Shown here one piece after another: positions 1 through 8,577 of a stretch of 64,000 nt of DNA. Numbering within the stretch: position 1 is the stretch's first letter; the number at the start of each line of letters is the position of its first letter. The position numbers and the translations under genes were made by a program. The notes under the pieces were generated by a model. It saw nothing but the letters and a program-made list of their open reading frames with translations, had not been told where the DNA came from and ran no database searches. The stretch is from Candidatus Poribacteria bacterium (GTDB lineage Bacteria; Poribacteria; WGA-4E; WGA-3G). The stretch lies in the NCBI GenBank assembly GCA_965205015.1, contig OZ242029.1, positions 2,112,001-2,176,000 of the forward strand. The letters run 5' to 3'.

Positions 1-1
1 T

Positions 2-223
2 GCTGGTATTTTAACGATCATAGGAGATTTAATAATGTTATGGTCAGACCGATCGGAGAAACGGATTCAAGAAGCCGCTGCGGAAGCCGCTGCGAAAGCC
101 AAAGCCGAAGGTATTAAAGAAGGCAAAGCGGAACTCGCGCAAAAGGTGCTCGCTTGGAACCTCCGCAGAATGGAAGCGGAAAGGAAGGGCGACCCTTTTT
201 ACGAACCCCCGCCAACCGAGTAG
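2..223 (+). CDS. Hypothetical protein, possibly 5'-partial (alternative start ATG 35)
   Basis: The frame is open from the window edge (AGILTIIGDLIM...). AGGAG also precedes ATG 35. Ala/Glu/Lys-rich helix with a 12-bp repeat (GAAGCCGCTGCG x2), ending GDPFYEPPPTE. Confidence 0.5.
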   Translation, partial: AGILTIIGDLIMLWSDRSEKRIQEAAAEAAAKAKAEGIKEGKAELAQKVLAWNLRRMEAERKGDPFYEPPPTE

Positions 224-247
224 TACACAACCCGAAGAATAACGAAA

Positions 248-727
248 ATGGTGACCGAGAATCCATTCCCAAATCTCACCTTTGAACCGATGCGCTCGTG
301 CCATCTTCAGGACGTACTAAAAATCGAAAACGAGTGCTTTGAGGATCCTTGGAGCGAAACCTACTACACATTGTCGCTGAAGCGACCCCGGTCGTATGAA
401 CACTTTTACGTGGCTCGACGCGAGGACACCATCGTCGGTTACATTGTGTTCAGTATTCTCCATGAAGAGGCACACATCCTGAATCTCGCGGTACCGGTTG
501 CCTATCGGCGACAAGGCATCGCCAAATACCTGCTCGCCTCAGCCTTAAAAATGATACACACACAGGACGGCCGCCAGGTTTTCTTGGAGGTCGCCGTCAG
601 CAATCTACCTGCGCAGTATCTCTACCGGCAGTTCGGGTTCCGCATCTGTGGCATCCGAAAAAACTACTACGGACGCTCTAAAGACGCTTACGTTTTCCGA
701 AAAGGAGAAGAAACGCATGCTGTTTAA
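248..727 (+). CDS. rimI: Ribosomal-protein-alanine N-acetyltransferase (GNAT)
   Basis: IENECFEDPWS, EAHILNLAV, RRQGIA acetyl-CoA motif, FLEVAVSNLPAQYLY, RKNYY. Confidence 0.9.
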   Translation: MVTENPFPNLTFEPMRSCHLQDVLKIENECFEDPWSETYYTLSLKRPRSYEHFYVARREDTIVGYIVFSILHEEAHILNLAVPVAYRRQGIAKYLLASALKMIHTQDGRQVFLEVAVSNLPAQYLYRQFGFRICGIRKNYYGRSKDAYVFRKGEETHAV

Positions 728-1496
728 TTTATTGAGCCAGACCTTTTCAGCAACGACGAACCTGTCGCTCTCAACCCGCCGACAGGAAGCACGGACAGTC
801 GGCAGAAACGGTTGGCGGGTCATTGAAGAAGAGGTCAACTGGAACACCTCCGAAACCGCCATTGTTGTTGTTGATATGTGGAACGAACACTGGTCCTGGG
901 GCGCAACAGAACGTGTGAACGTGATGGCACCCCGGATGAACATTGTACTCGGCCGGGCACGAGAGCACGGTATACAGATTATTCACGCCCCGTCCGACAC
1001 AATGGACTTCTACGAGGCACATCCGGCACGCCGTGCCATCTTAGAACTCCCCCACGCCGACACACCCTCCGAACGCGAAATGCCTGACCCGCCCCTACCC
1101 GTTGATGCTTCCGATGGGGGCTCAGATACCGGCGAAACTGATGGTTACAAAGCATGGCACCGTCAGCATCCAGCCATTGAAATCTCTGATATAGACGCCA
1201 TCAGTGACAACGGGCAGGAGGTTTACAACCTACTGAATCACAAAGGTATTCAGAACATTATCTTCATGGGTGTCCACACCAATATGTGCGTCCTCGGACG
1301 TTCCTTTGCAATTAAACAGATGGTGCGTTGGGGGGTCAATGCTGTTCTCGCACGGGACCTCACCGATGCGATGTACAACCCGTTCAAACCGCCTTACGTC
1401 AGTCATGAGGCGGGCACGCAATTAATCATTGAATATATTGAGAAATTCTGGTGTCCCACAATCTTGAGCGGCGACTTGACGACACCTAAGGTTTGA
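717..1496 (+). CDS. Isochorismatase/nicotinamidase-like cysteine hydrolase
   Basis: AIVVVDMW and GVHTNMCV catalytic motifs. The likely start is ATG 717 after AGGAG, overlapping the end of rimI. Confidence 0.8.
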   Translation: MLFNLLSQTFSATTNLSLSTRRQEARTVGRNGWRVIEEEVNWNTSETAIVVVDMWNEHWSWGATERVNVMAPRMNIVLGRAREHGIQIIHAPSDTMDFYEAHPARRAILELPHADTPSEREMPDPPLPVDASDGGSDTGETDGYKAWHRQHPAIEISDIDAISDNGQEVYNLLNHKGIQNIIFMGVHTNMCVLGRSFAIKQMVRWGVNAVLARDLTDAMYNPFKPPYVSHEAGTQLIIEYIEKFWCPTILSGDLTTPKV

Positions 1497-1563
1497 TGTT
1501 TCCGCATACAAAAAATGCCCACGGTAACGAGAAGACCGCGGGCATTTAATTTCGATGTGTTCC

Positions 1564-2214
1564 TTATTGACGGTTGTCTTTCAGCGCACCCCACGTTGTC
1601 GTGAGTTTCGCCTTCGGATCTACAGCAGTACTCACAGCCGGCACGACCTCTAAAGCACTGAACATCGCATTCAGATCGCCTGCACCCGTCTCCGCGTTTC
1701 CTGCAAAGTGGAGATCAAGCGTGCCGTCGCTGACTTCAATCCCGGCATACGTTTTAATGTCAATCTCGTCTTTGCCCGGTGTCACGTAAAGCGGCTCAAC
1801 GTTCTCCTCTTCGATGAAAATATCATAACCGCGGTTGTTCGGAGACCAGTGCTCCCCGACGAGATAGGTAACATCAAAAGTGCCATCACCCGTTTTAAAC
1901 TGATACTTAACAGTATCAGGGAATCTTGCCCAACTGACGGCGTAGAAGAGTTCCACATCATAACCAGCATCTTCTGCTTGGGCTTGTGCATCCGCTGTCA
2001 AGGTTGCGACTTCAGCGACACGGGGCTCCAGTTCAGTCCAACCGCCCCATGCTTGGTCCGTCTGCTGCGCGCCATTCCAAACACGTCCCTGTGAATCCGT
2101 AAAGTCATCTGATTTGCCACCCCTCACCCGAAATTCTTCAGCCGGTAGCGACACCGGAACGGCGAGAATTCCCAGAAAAACGGCAACCATCAAAACACTC
2201 AAGAATCTCATCAA
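1564..2214 (-). CDS. Exported malectin-like carbohydrate-binding protein with C-terminal KLTTTWG tail
   Basis: Signal peptide; RGYDIFIE...IEVSDGTLDLHF...NAMFSALEV is malectin-like; ends AVDPKAKLTTTWGALK. Confidence 0.65.
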   Translation of the reverse strand: MMRFLSVLMVAVFLGILAVPVSLPAEEFRVRGGKSDDFTDSQGRVWNGAQQTDQAWGGWTELEPRVAEVATLTADAQAQAEDAGYDVELFYAVSWARFPDTVKYQFKTGDGTFDVTYLVGEHWSPNNRGYDIFIEEENVEPLYVTPGKDEIDIKTYAGIEVSDGTLDLHFAGNAETGAGDLNAMFSALEVVPAVSTAVDPKAKLTTTWGALKDNRQ

Positions 2215-2232
2215 AATGCCTCCATCTCTTCG

Positions 2233-2880
2233 TTAATTTCGCTCCCCTTTCAGAGCCCCCCATGTCGTAGCGAGCTTCTGTTTCGGGTCAACGGCTAATA
2301 CAGGGGTGACCTCTATTGCACTGAACATAGCGTTCAGGTCGCCCTTGCCAGTTTTCTGATTGCCAGCAAACTCAAGGCTCATCACTTTATCTTTCACCTC
2401 AATGCCCTCATATCGCTTAATATCTATCTCATCCTTACCGGGGGTGACATAGAGGGGCTCGACGATCTCTTCTTCAATGATAATGTCAAAGCCACGGTTA
2501 TTAGGCGACCAGTGTTCACCCACAAGATAGGTGACATTAAAAGTGCCTTTACCGGTATTCAGATCGACCTTGACGACATCAGGGAACTTTGCCCAGCTCA
2601 CAGCATAGAAGAGTTCTTCATCGTATCCTTCTTTCTTTGCCAGTTTTTGGGCATCTTTCGTAAGGTTTCGGACTTCAGCGATACGAGGCTGTAGATCGAT
2701 CCATCCGCCCCACTTCTCTTTCTCGTTTTGTCCACCGTGCCAGATACGGCCATCGGAATCTTTAAAATCCTCCACTTTGCCGCCCCATACCCGAATCTCT
2801 TCGGCTGAACTCGCATCGTGGACAATCGTTACCGCAACATATACGGTAAGCAAAACAACGAAAAATAAAATCCGTCGCAT
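2233..2880 (-). CDS. Exported malectin-like protein, tandem paralog of 1564-2214
   Basis: Shares long identical blocks (VTYLVGEHWSPNNRG, VEPLYVTPGKDEIDIK, GDLNAMFSA). SD AGGAGG. Ends AVDPKQKLATTWGALK. Confidence 0.65.
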   Translation of the reverse strand: MRRILFFVVLLTVYVAVTIVHDASSAEEIRVWGGKVEDFKDSDGRIWHGGQNEKEKWGGWIDLQPRIAEVRNLTKDAQKLAKKEGYDEELFYAVSWAKFPDVVKVDLNTGKGTFNVTYLVGEHWSPNNRGFDIIIEEEIVEPLYVTPGKDEIDIKRYEGIEVKDKVMSLEFAGNQKTGKGDLNAMFSAIEVTPVLAVDPKQKLATTWGALKGERN

Positions 2881-2900
2881 GTTTTCCTCCTGATTGTAAT

Positions 2901-2996
2901 TATGGTAAATTCTATAATTACTTAGACATCAGATGACGGACAGGTACAAGACCGGTTTCCCTACAAGATGTCTATTTGTTTTTTGAATTCACCCTA
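2901..2996 (-). mobile_element. MITE-like element with internal GTAG-REP-like hairpin (same family as 6266-6535)
   Basis: The reverse complement reads TAGGGTGAATTC...TCTTGTAGG...ATGTCTAAGTAATTATAGAATTTACCATA, colinear with the unit at 6266-6535. Confidence 0.55.
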
Positions 2997-3086
2997 AAAT
3001 AAGAAATGAACCTACATTAAAATTAAGAATAACACATCCGCGTCACAATTGCAAGGTTTTCATCTCACTTCACACTACCTTCCCGC

Positions 3087-3109
3087 TGGCGAGGTTTGTA
3101 ACCTCGCCA
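3087..3109. repeat. REP-like palindrome GGCGAGGTT-N3/4-AACCTCGCC
   Basis: TGGCGAGGTT-TGT-AACCTCGCCA. Related copies at 4842-4869, 8449-8475, 16235-16258 and 30542-30564. Confidence 0.75.
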
Positions 3110-3144
3110 CTGACTGCCGACTGCCCATTACTGATGGCTCGATA

Positions 3145-4752
3145 TCACTCCGAGGGCTCAACCACAACAATCCGCTGGTTCGCTCGCACATCGGTCAACG
3201 TTTGCACAATGCCACTCGGCCACTGAATAACAATTTGATCGACGTTTTCGTGATGCCCAAGTCCAAACTCGACATCAATACTGCTCTGAGAAAGATAACT
3301 GTCCCCAGCTGTCACCTGCCGAATCTGATGAAGGTCGCCAGCACGCACCTTCACAAGTGCCCCAACACCGTCCCGATTGCTCACGGTGCCGACCGTGTGA
3401 ATCTGAAGCCACTGCTGTTGGTTCCCACCGTCGTTTCGGAGCAACATCGGCTTCCCACCACTATTGACGATAAATACGTCTAAATCCCCATCGGCATCGT
3501 AGTCCGCAACGGCGACCCCTCTACCAACCCCGTATGAATTAAATTCCCGAAGTCCGACAGCGTCAGAAATATCAGTGAAGGTGCCGTCCCCAGTGTTCTG
3601 GAGAAAAACATCCGCTTGGCCATGAGCTTCCCACGAAGCCGGATCGATATGCCCCGCCGAAAAGAAGAGGTCCAGGTCCCCATCGTTATCCGCATCGAAC
3701 AACACAGTCCCCCAACATGTTTTACCGAGTCCCGACTCAAAAACACCACTCTTTGCCGAAACATCCATAAAGGTGCCGTCCCCGTTATTTCTGTAGAGGA
3801 CATTGTTTTCATCTAACCAGTTCGTAACAAAGAGATCCAAATCGCCATCGGCATCGTAATCGCCCCAACTGATGCCCATACCACTCCGTATATCACCCGT
3901 GCGGCTCCTCGCATCTGGACGGTTCGTATTCGTGAATGTTAACTCGCCGTCATTGCGATAGAGGATATTCTGGTCGGTATCATTGGCAAGATACAGATCC
4001 AGATCGCCATCAGCATCGTAATCCGCCGCGGCAACACCGAGTGTCAGGTGAAATCCACCATTCACCTTGGCAGCATCCGTAATGTTGATGAAACCGCCGT
4101 CTCCCTTATTTAGATAGAGAACGTTCGCCTGTCCGAAGAAATCATACGGGAAAAAGACTTCATCCCCTTGCGGAACTTTGGTATATTCAATATAGTTGCC
4201 GACGTACAGGTCGAGATAACCATCATGATCGTAATCACCCCAAGCGATCCCCGCCCCGAAACCATCGTGACCGATACCACCGGCTCCGGACGAAAAGCGT
4301 TTGAAAGTTCCATCGCCGTTGTTCCGATAGAACAGGTTTGCCTTATAGTTCGTGACGTAGAGATCGGCATCACCATCGTTGTCATAATCTGCGAAGGCAC
4401 ACCCCATTCCCCAACCGGTATCGCCGACGCCAGCCGTATCCGTTACATCGCTGAAAGTGCCATCACCGTTGTTCCGATAGAGCGCGTTTTTCGGGAACAC
4501 CGCGTCCGATGCCGGGCGTACCAAAGCACTGTTGGCAATGTAAAGATCTAACTTCCCATCGTCGTCGTAGTCGCACCACGCCGCACCCGAACCGACGAGT
4601 GCAGGCACTACACGCAAGTCTATACCACCGGCGTGCTCGAAATGAATGCCCGCTTGTTCAGTGACATCCACAAATCGAATATCAGATGCATAACTGCTGA
4701 AAATAAACGTAAGACTCAAGACTGCAATAACGTCTCGCAACCGATTGTACAT
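3145..4752 (-). CDS. CRTAC1-family protein (FG-GAP/VCBS repeats plus ASPIC/UnbV domain), exported
   Basis: Seven D(Y/A)DxDG(D/K/Y)xDx repeats; C-terminal SNRDGVGALV...GDSYLSQS...FGLG...IQWPSG; signal peptide. Confidence 0.9.
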   Translation of the reverse strand: MYNRLRDVIAVLSLTFIFSSYASDIRFVDVTEQAGIHFEHAGGIDLRVVPALVGSGAAWCDYDDDGKLDLYIANSALVRPASDAVFPKNALYRNNGDGTFSDVTDTAGVGDTGWGMGCAFADYDNDGDADLYVTNYKANLFYRNNGDGTFKRFSSGAGGIGHDGFGAGIAWGDYDHDGYLDLYVGNYIEYTKVPQGDEVFFPYDFFGQANVLYLNKGDGGFINITDAAKVNGGFHLTLGVAAADYDADGDLDLYLANDTDQNILYRNDGELTFTNTNRPDARSRTGDIRSGMGISWGDYDADGDLDLFVTNWLDENNVLYRNNGDGTFMDVSAKSGVFESGLGKTCWGTVLFDADNDGDLDLFFSAGHIDPASWEAHGQADVFLQNTGDGTFTDISDAVGLREFNSYGVGRGVAVADYDADGDLDVFIVNSGGKPMLLRNDGGNQQQWLQIHTVGTVSNRDGVGALVKVRAGDLHQIRQVTAGDSYLSQSSIDVEFGLGHHENVDQIVIQWPSGIVQTLTDVRANQRIVVVEPSE

Positions 4753-4977
4753 TCAAATGCCTCTCAGACCTAACTCGCACTGTATTGACATTATACACGA
4801 AACCGGGGGGCAGGTGTATCTTTATTTCTTCTCCACTCCCTGCTAGCGAGGTTTCCTAACCTCACCAGCCTAATCACTGACAACTCACAACTGAGATTTT
4901 AGTTGCAATTATACTAAAAATGTGTTAAAATTCATAAGAGTTAATGTGGTTAAAACCAATTGTCTAAGTTAGAGGGC

Positions 4978-5496
4978 ATGCCAGTGGAAATATCTGTCTT
5001 AGTACTTAACGCCAGCTACGAAGCAATCAACGTTTGTAACCTCAGGCGCGCTATGAAAATGGTTTTTAAAGGCACAGCACAGACTGAAGAAGTCTCTGAT
5101 ATTGAGATTCATTCACCCAGTGCCGCGATGAAAGTCCCACATGTAATTCGATTAGTAAATTACGTCCACGTCCCGCGCAGCGTCGTCAAGTTTTCACGGA
5201 GGAATGTTCTCGTCCGGGACCAGTATACATGCCAATACTGTCATAGCGAGTTCCCAGCAGCACACCTCACGATGGACCATGTGATACCCCTCTCTCGCGG
5301 CGGGGAAACAACCTGGGAGAACGTCGTGACAGCCTGCAAAAAATGTAATAACAAAAAGGGCAGTAAAATGCTCTATGAAACACGATTCAAACTGCAACGT
5401 CAGCCGAAAACGCCCTCAATTTTAACCTATTTGCAGCTCAATCGTCATTTTCGAGGGTGTCACCCGTCGTGGAGAAAATATCTGTATATCAACTAA
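4978..5496 (+). CDS. HNH endonuclease (McrA-like, HNH_5)
   Basis: VLVLNASYE, FSRRNVLVRDQYTCQYC, TMDHVIPLSRGG, WENVVTACKKCNNKKG. The start is probably ATG 4978 (the track gives TTG 4960). Confidence 0.9.
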   Translation: MPVEISVLVLNASYEAINVCNLRRAMKMVFKGTAQTEEVSDIEIHSPSAAMKVPHVIRLVNYVHVPRSVVKFSRRNVLVRDQYTCQYCHSEFPAAHLTMDHVIPLSRGGETTWENVVTACKKCNNKKGSKMLYETRFKLQRQPKTPSILTYLQLNRHFRGCHPSWRKYLYIN

Positions 5497-5499
5497 ATC

Positions 5500-5853
5500 A
5501 TGCAAGATCCGAAAAAACTGAAAAAACGTTGGGAATTTCAGCGTGCTTATCAGAAGGGCAGTAAGTATTGGAATCGCTACTTTGTTATATACGTCTTCCA
5601 CACCCATTTCAATAACCTCCGATTGGGAATAACCGTCAGTAAAAAAGTCGGAAAAAGCGTTCAGCGGAATCGAGTCAAAAGACTCATTCGCGAAGCGTTT
5701 CGGCAGTTGCGCCCACAAATAAAAACTGAATACGACATCGTAGTCGTCGGAAGAACACCAGCCTGTCGACTCACGTGCCAAGAAGCAAAAGATGGATTGT
5801 GTCACCTCTTTCGGAAAGCATCTATTTTGAACACGCCAGATCGAAAGCGTTGA
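5500..5853 (+). CDS. rnpA: Ribonuclease P protein component
   Basis: RLGITVSKKVGKSVQRNRVKRLIRE (RNR motif); context next to yidD and yidC. Confidence 0.95.
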   Translation: MQDPKKLKKRWEFQRAYQKGSKYWNRYFVIYVFHTHFNNLRLGITVSKKVGKSVQRNRVKRLIREAFRQLRPQIKTEYDIVVVGRTPACRLTCQEAKDGLCHLFRKASILNTPDRKR

Positions 5854-5944
5854 AAAACGGTTAGCGACTTACAGACAGTAATCAGGAAAAAAGGATTCAA
5901 GAACTCACGCAGGAAATAGAAAGGCTGAAACAGATTGTAAACCC

Positions 5945-6241
5945 ATGAGGGATAGAGGCGTGCCACATTGTAAGCACTGCGAAGAAGGTATAAACCAAAA
6001 TAGAAACCGATGGATACGCAATAAGTTGAGCGGAACCGTGATACTTCTACAAGCCATCCACTTTTATCGACGCTTTATTTCGCCGTGTTTGCCACCGTCC
6101 TGTCGATTTTATCCGACCTGCTCGCAATATGCCCTTGAAGCGTTAAAACGCTACGGTGCGCTCAAAGGGTGCTGGCTAACAATTAAACGACTTTCAAAAT
6201 GTCACCCTTACCATCCAGGAGGCTTTGACCCTCTAAAATAG
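5945..6241 (+). CDS. yidD: Membrane protein insertion efficiency factor YidD (start uncertain)
   Basis: YRRFISP...[11 protein letters not shown]...[15 protein letters not shown]. Confidence 0.9.
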   Translation: MRDRGVPHCKHCEEGINQNRNRWIRNKLSGTVILLQAIHFYRRFISPCLPPSCRFYPTCSQYALEALKRYGALKGCWLTIKRLSKCHPYHPGGFDPLK

Positions 6242-6265
6242 CAGGACAAACTTCAATAATGAATA

Positions 6266-6535
6266 TATGGTGAACTATAAAAATACGTTTACGTCTTGTA
6301 GGGGCACCCCTTGTGAGTACCACAAACACGCTAATCACAATGTCTACAGTAATTCTAAAATCCACCTACGTTTACGTCTTGTAGGGGCACCCCTTGTGGG
6401 TGCCATAAACACGCTAATCACAATGTCTACAGTAATTCTAAAATCCACCTACGTTTACGTCTTGTAGGGGCACCCCTTGTGGGTGCCATAAACACGCTAA
6501 TCACAATGTCTACAGTAATTCTAAAATCCACCATA
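6266..6535 (+). mobile_element. MITE-like element containing three tandem 83-bp units, each with a GTAG-REP hairpin
   Basis: Ends are TATGGTG...CACCATA. Units start at 6284, 6367 and 6450. Each carries GTAGGGGCACCC-CTTGT-GGGTGCC (unit 1 has substitutions). Confidence 0.75.
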
Positions 6536-6572
6536 GTTAAAAGACACAAAAAATGAGGAGCATCTAATCTCG

Positions 6573-8408
6573 ATGGGAGCACGTTATATTCTTGCATTGG
6601 TTCTAATGATCGCAGTGATGATCGGATGGAGCCTATTTTTCGGCAAACGTTTTGCCCCGCAACCCGATGCACCAGAAACGACCGAGACACCGGCAGCATC
6701 CAGTCCAAGTGAAACACAATCGGACACCGCGACACCGGGAACACTCGAGGGAACCGATATGTCCGTCAGTTCCGACCTCTGGACACCGGTTGAGGAAAGG
6801 CCAGACGATGCGAAAGTCAACGTCCAAACCGATAACTACACTGTTGTTTTTAACGAAAAACTCGCAATCGCTAAACAGTGGCAATTAAATCACTTTCCAG
6901 ACAGGACGGACGCCGACAAAACCCCTTTGGACCTGATTCCTGAAAACGCACTCAACTGCCTCGCACTTCGGTTCGGCAATTCGCAGCTCCAACTCGATTC
7001 ACTCCGTACCAGATGGCAGGCTAACAAATCCGAAATTAATATCACAAACGGACAAAATGCTGACACACTCATCTTCACGGCACCCATCGGAGAAAAATTA
7101 CAAGTCGCAAAGCAGTTCACCTTCAATCCCGACAGCTACTTCGTTGATATGACGCTCACCTTCCAAAATGTCTCTGACGAACCGCTGTTTATGGGGGAAA
7201 CCGAACCCGCAAACGGATACCAACTTCAATGGGGACGAGGTATCAATGCCGATCTGCTCCCACATGAAAAGAAGAGCGGCAAACGTGGACGACGGGGCAG
7301 TGAAGGCGCAAAGGCTTATATAGGTGAGGACAAACCCAGGCGTGAACTCAAATCTGAACAGACGTTAGCCACTGTGCTCTGGGCGGGCATGGACAGCCAG
7401 TACTTCAGCGCAGTGATGATTCCAGATCCCCAGCTTGCCGCGACATATAAATTTATAGAGGCACCACAGGCAGATGTTACAACTAACATCACTGTCACCG
7501 CACCAACAGAGACCGCCGCACTCGTCGTCCCCAGTTTTTATCTCCCAGCGCAGCAGAGAAGGACGGATGTTTTTCGGCTCTACGTTGGTCCGAAAGACGA
7601 TACAATCCTAAAAAGTATACAGGCACCGAATGCACCTGAAAACCCAGTGCGCCTCTCAAAAATCATTGACTTTGGATTCTTCTGGCCCCTGGCATGGGGA
7701 ATGCTCTGGATATTCAAAGGCTTGCACAATATCTTTGGAAACTACGGCATCGCGATTATCCTCCTGACCGCTTTGGTGAAGATCATCTCATACCCCTTCA
7801 CACGCAAAGCACATAAATCTATGAAGGAGATGCAGAAACTTCAGCCCCAGTTAGTGGAATTGAAGGAGAAATACAGGGATGACCCACAGAAACTCAATCG
7901 CGCGACGATGCGACTCTACAAGGAACACGGCGTCAATCCGTTAGGGGGCTGTATACCATGGCTTCCGCAAATTCCGATTTTTTGGGCACTCTTCGCACTT
8001 CTTGGAAGTGCCGTGGAACTCCGGGGGGCACCTTTCCTTTTATGGATCGATGACCTTTCTGCCCCCGACACTTTAATCGAACTGCCTTTTACGATTCCAT
8101 TGATTGTCACGCAAATAGATGCCATCCGCCTATTGCCTATAATAAACGGGTTGACAACCTGGCTCCAACAAAAATTCGTCGGCAACATGGCACCAACAAC
8201 GGACAACATGCAAGCGAAATTAATGCAGTTTATGCCCCTCATTTTTATCTTCATCTTTTATAACTGGGCATCCGGATTTGTGTTGTATTGGTTGTGTAAT
8301 AACGTTTTCACGATAGCACAACAATACCTACAAAACCGAAGCGAGACTGACGAGGGTCCATCCACACCAGCAGATACAAAAAAAAGGAACAACGCCAAAC
8401 GGAAGTAG
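6573..8408 (+). CDS. yidC: Membrane protein insertase YidC
   Basis: N-terminal TM, periplasmic domain, LYVGPK, GNYGIAIILLT, MQKLQPQ, GVNPLGGCIP, FLLWIDDLSAPD, GFVLYW. Confidence 0.97.
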   Translation: MGARYILALVLMIAVMIGWSLFFGKRFAPQPDAPETTETPAASSPSETQSDTATPGTLEGTDMSVSSDLWTPVEERPDDAKVNVQTDNYTVVFNEKLAIAKQWQLNHFPDRTDADKTPLDLIPENALNCLALRFGNSQLQLDSLRTRWQANKSEINITNGQNADTLIFTAPIGEKLQVAKQFTFNPDSYFVDMTLTFQNVSDEPLFMGETEPANGYQLQWGRGINADLLPHEKKSGKRGRRGSEGAKAYIGEDKPRRELKSEQTLATVLWAGMDSQYFSAVMIPDPQLAATYKFIEAPQADVTTNITVTAPTETAALVVPSFYLPAQQRRTDVFRLYVGPKDDTILKSIQAPNAPENPVRLSKIIDFGFFWPLAWGMLWIFKGLHNIFGNYGIAIILLTALVKIISYPFTRKAHKSMKEMQKLQPQLVELKEKYRDDPQKLNRATMRLYKEHGVNPLGGCIPWLPQIPIFWALFALLGSAVELRGAPFLLWIDDLSAPDTLIELPFTIPLIVTQIDAIRLLPIINGLTTWLQQKFVGNMAPTTDNMQAKLMQFMPLIFIFIFYNWASGFVLYWLCNNVFTIAQQYLQNRSETDEGPSTPADTKKRNNAKRK

Positions 8409-8426
8409 GACCATCCTGAAACCGGT

Positions 8427-8520
8427 TAGGACTTACGCAGCGCCCTGTGCTGGCGAGGTTTCAAACCTCGCCAGCGGTGTGTGAACTGTGGAGTATCACC
8501 TGCAAATTGCGTAAGTCCTG
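8427..8520. mobile_element. MITE with AGGACTTACGCA terminal inverted repeats, 5-bp flanking direct repeat and internal REP palindrome
   Basis: AGGACTTACGCA (8428-8439) and TGCGTAAGTCCT (8508-8519); CCGGT on both sides (8422-8426, 8521-8525). Confidence 0.75.
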
Positions 8521-8577
8521 CCGGTAATAGATCAGCAATTACCTATGAAAGCAATCATGTGAGGAGGGTATTAACCT

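Noticed and set aside
6284-6532. Three 83-bp repeats as a CRISPR array
   Set aside because: The units are nearly identical over their whole length with no unique spacers, and no cas genes are present.
6267-6744. Short ORFs over the repeat region (6267-6467, 6183-6365, 6427-6744)
   Set aside because: They are translations of the tandem repeat units.
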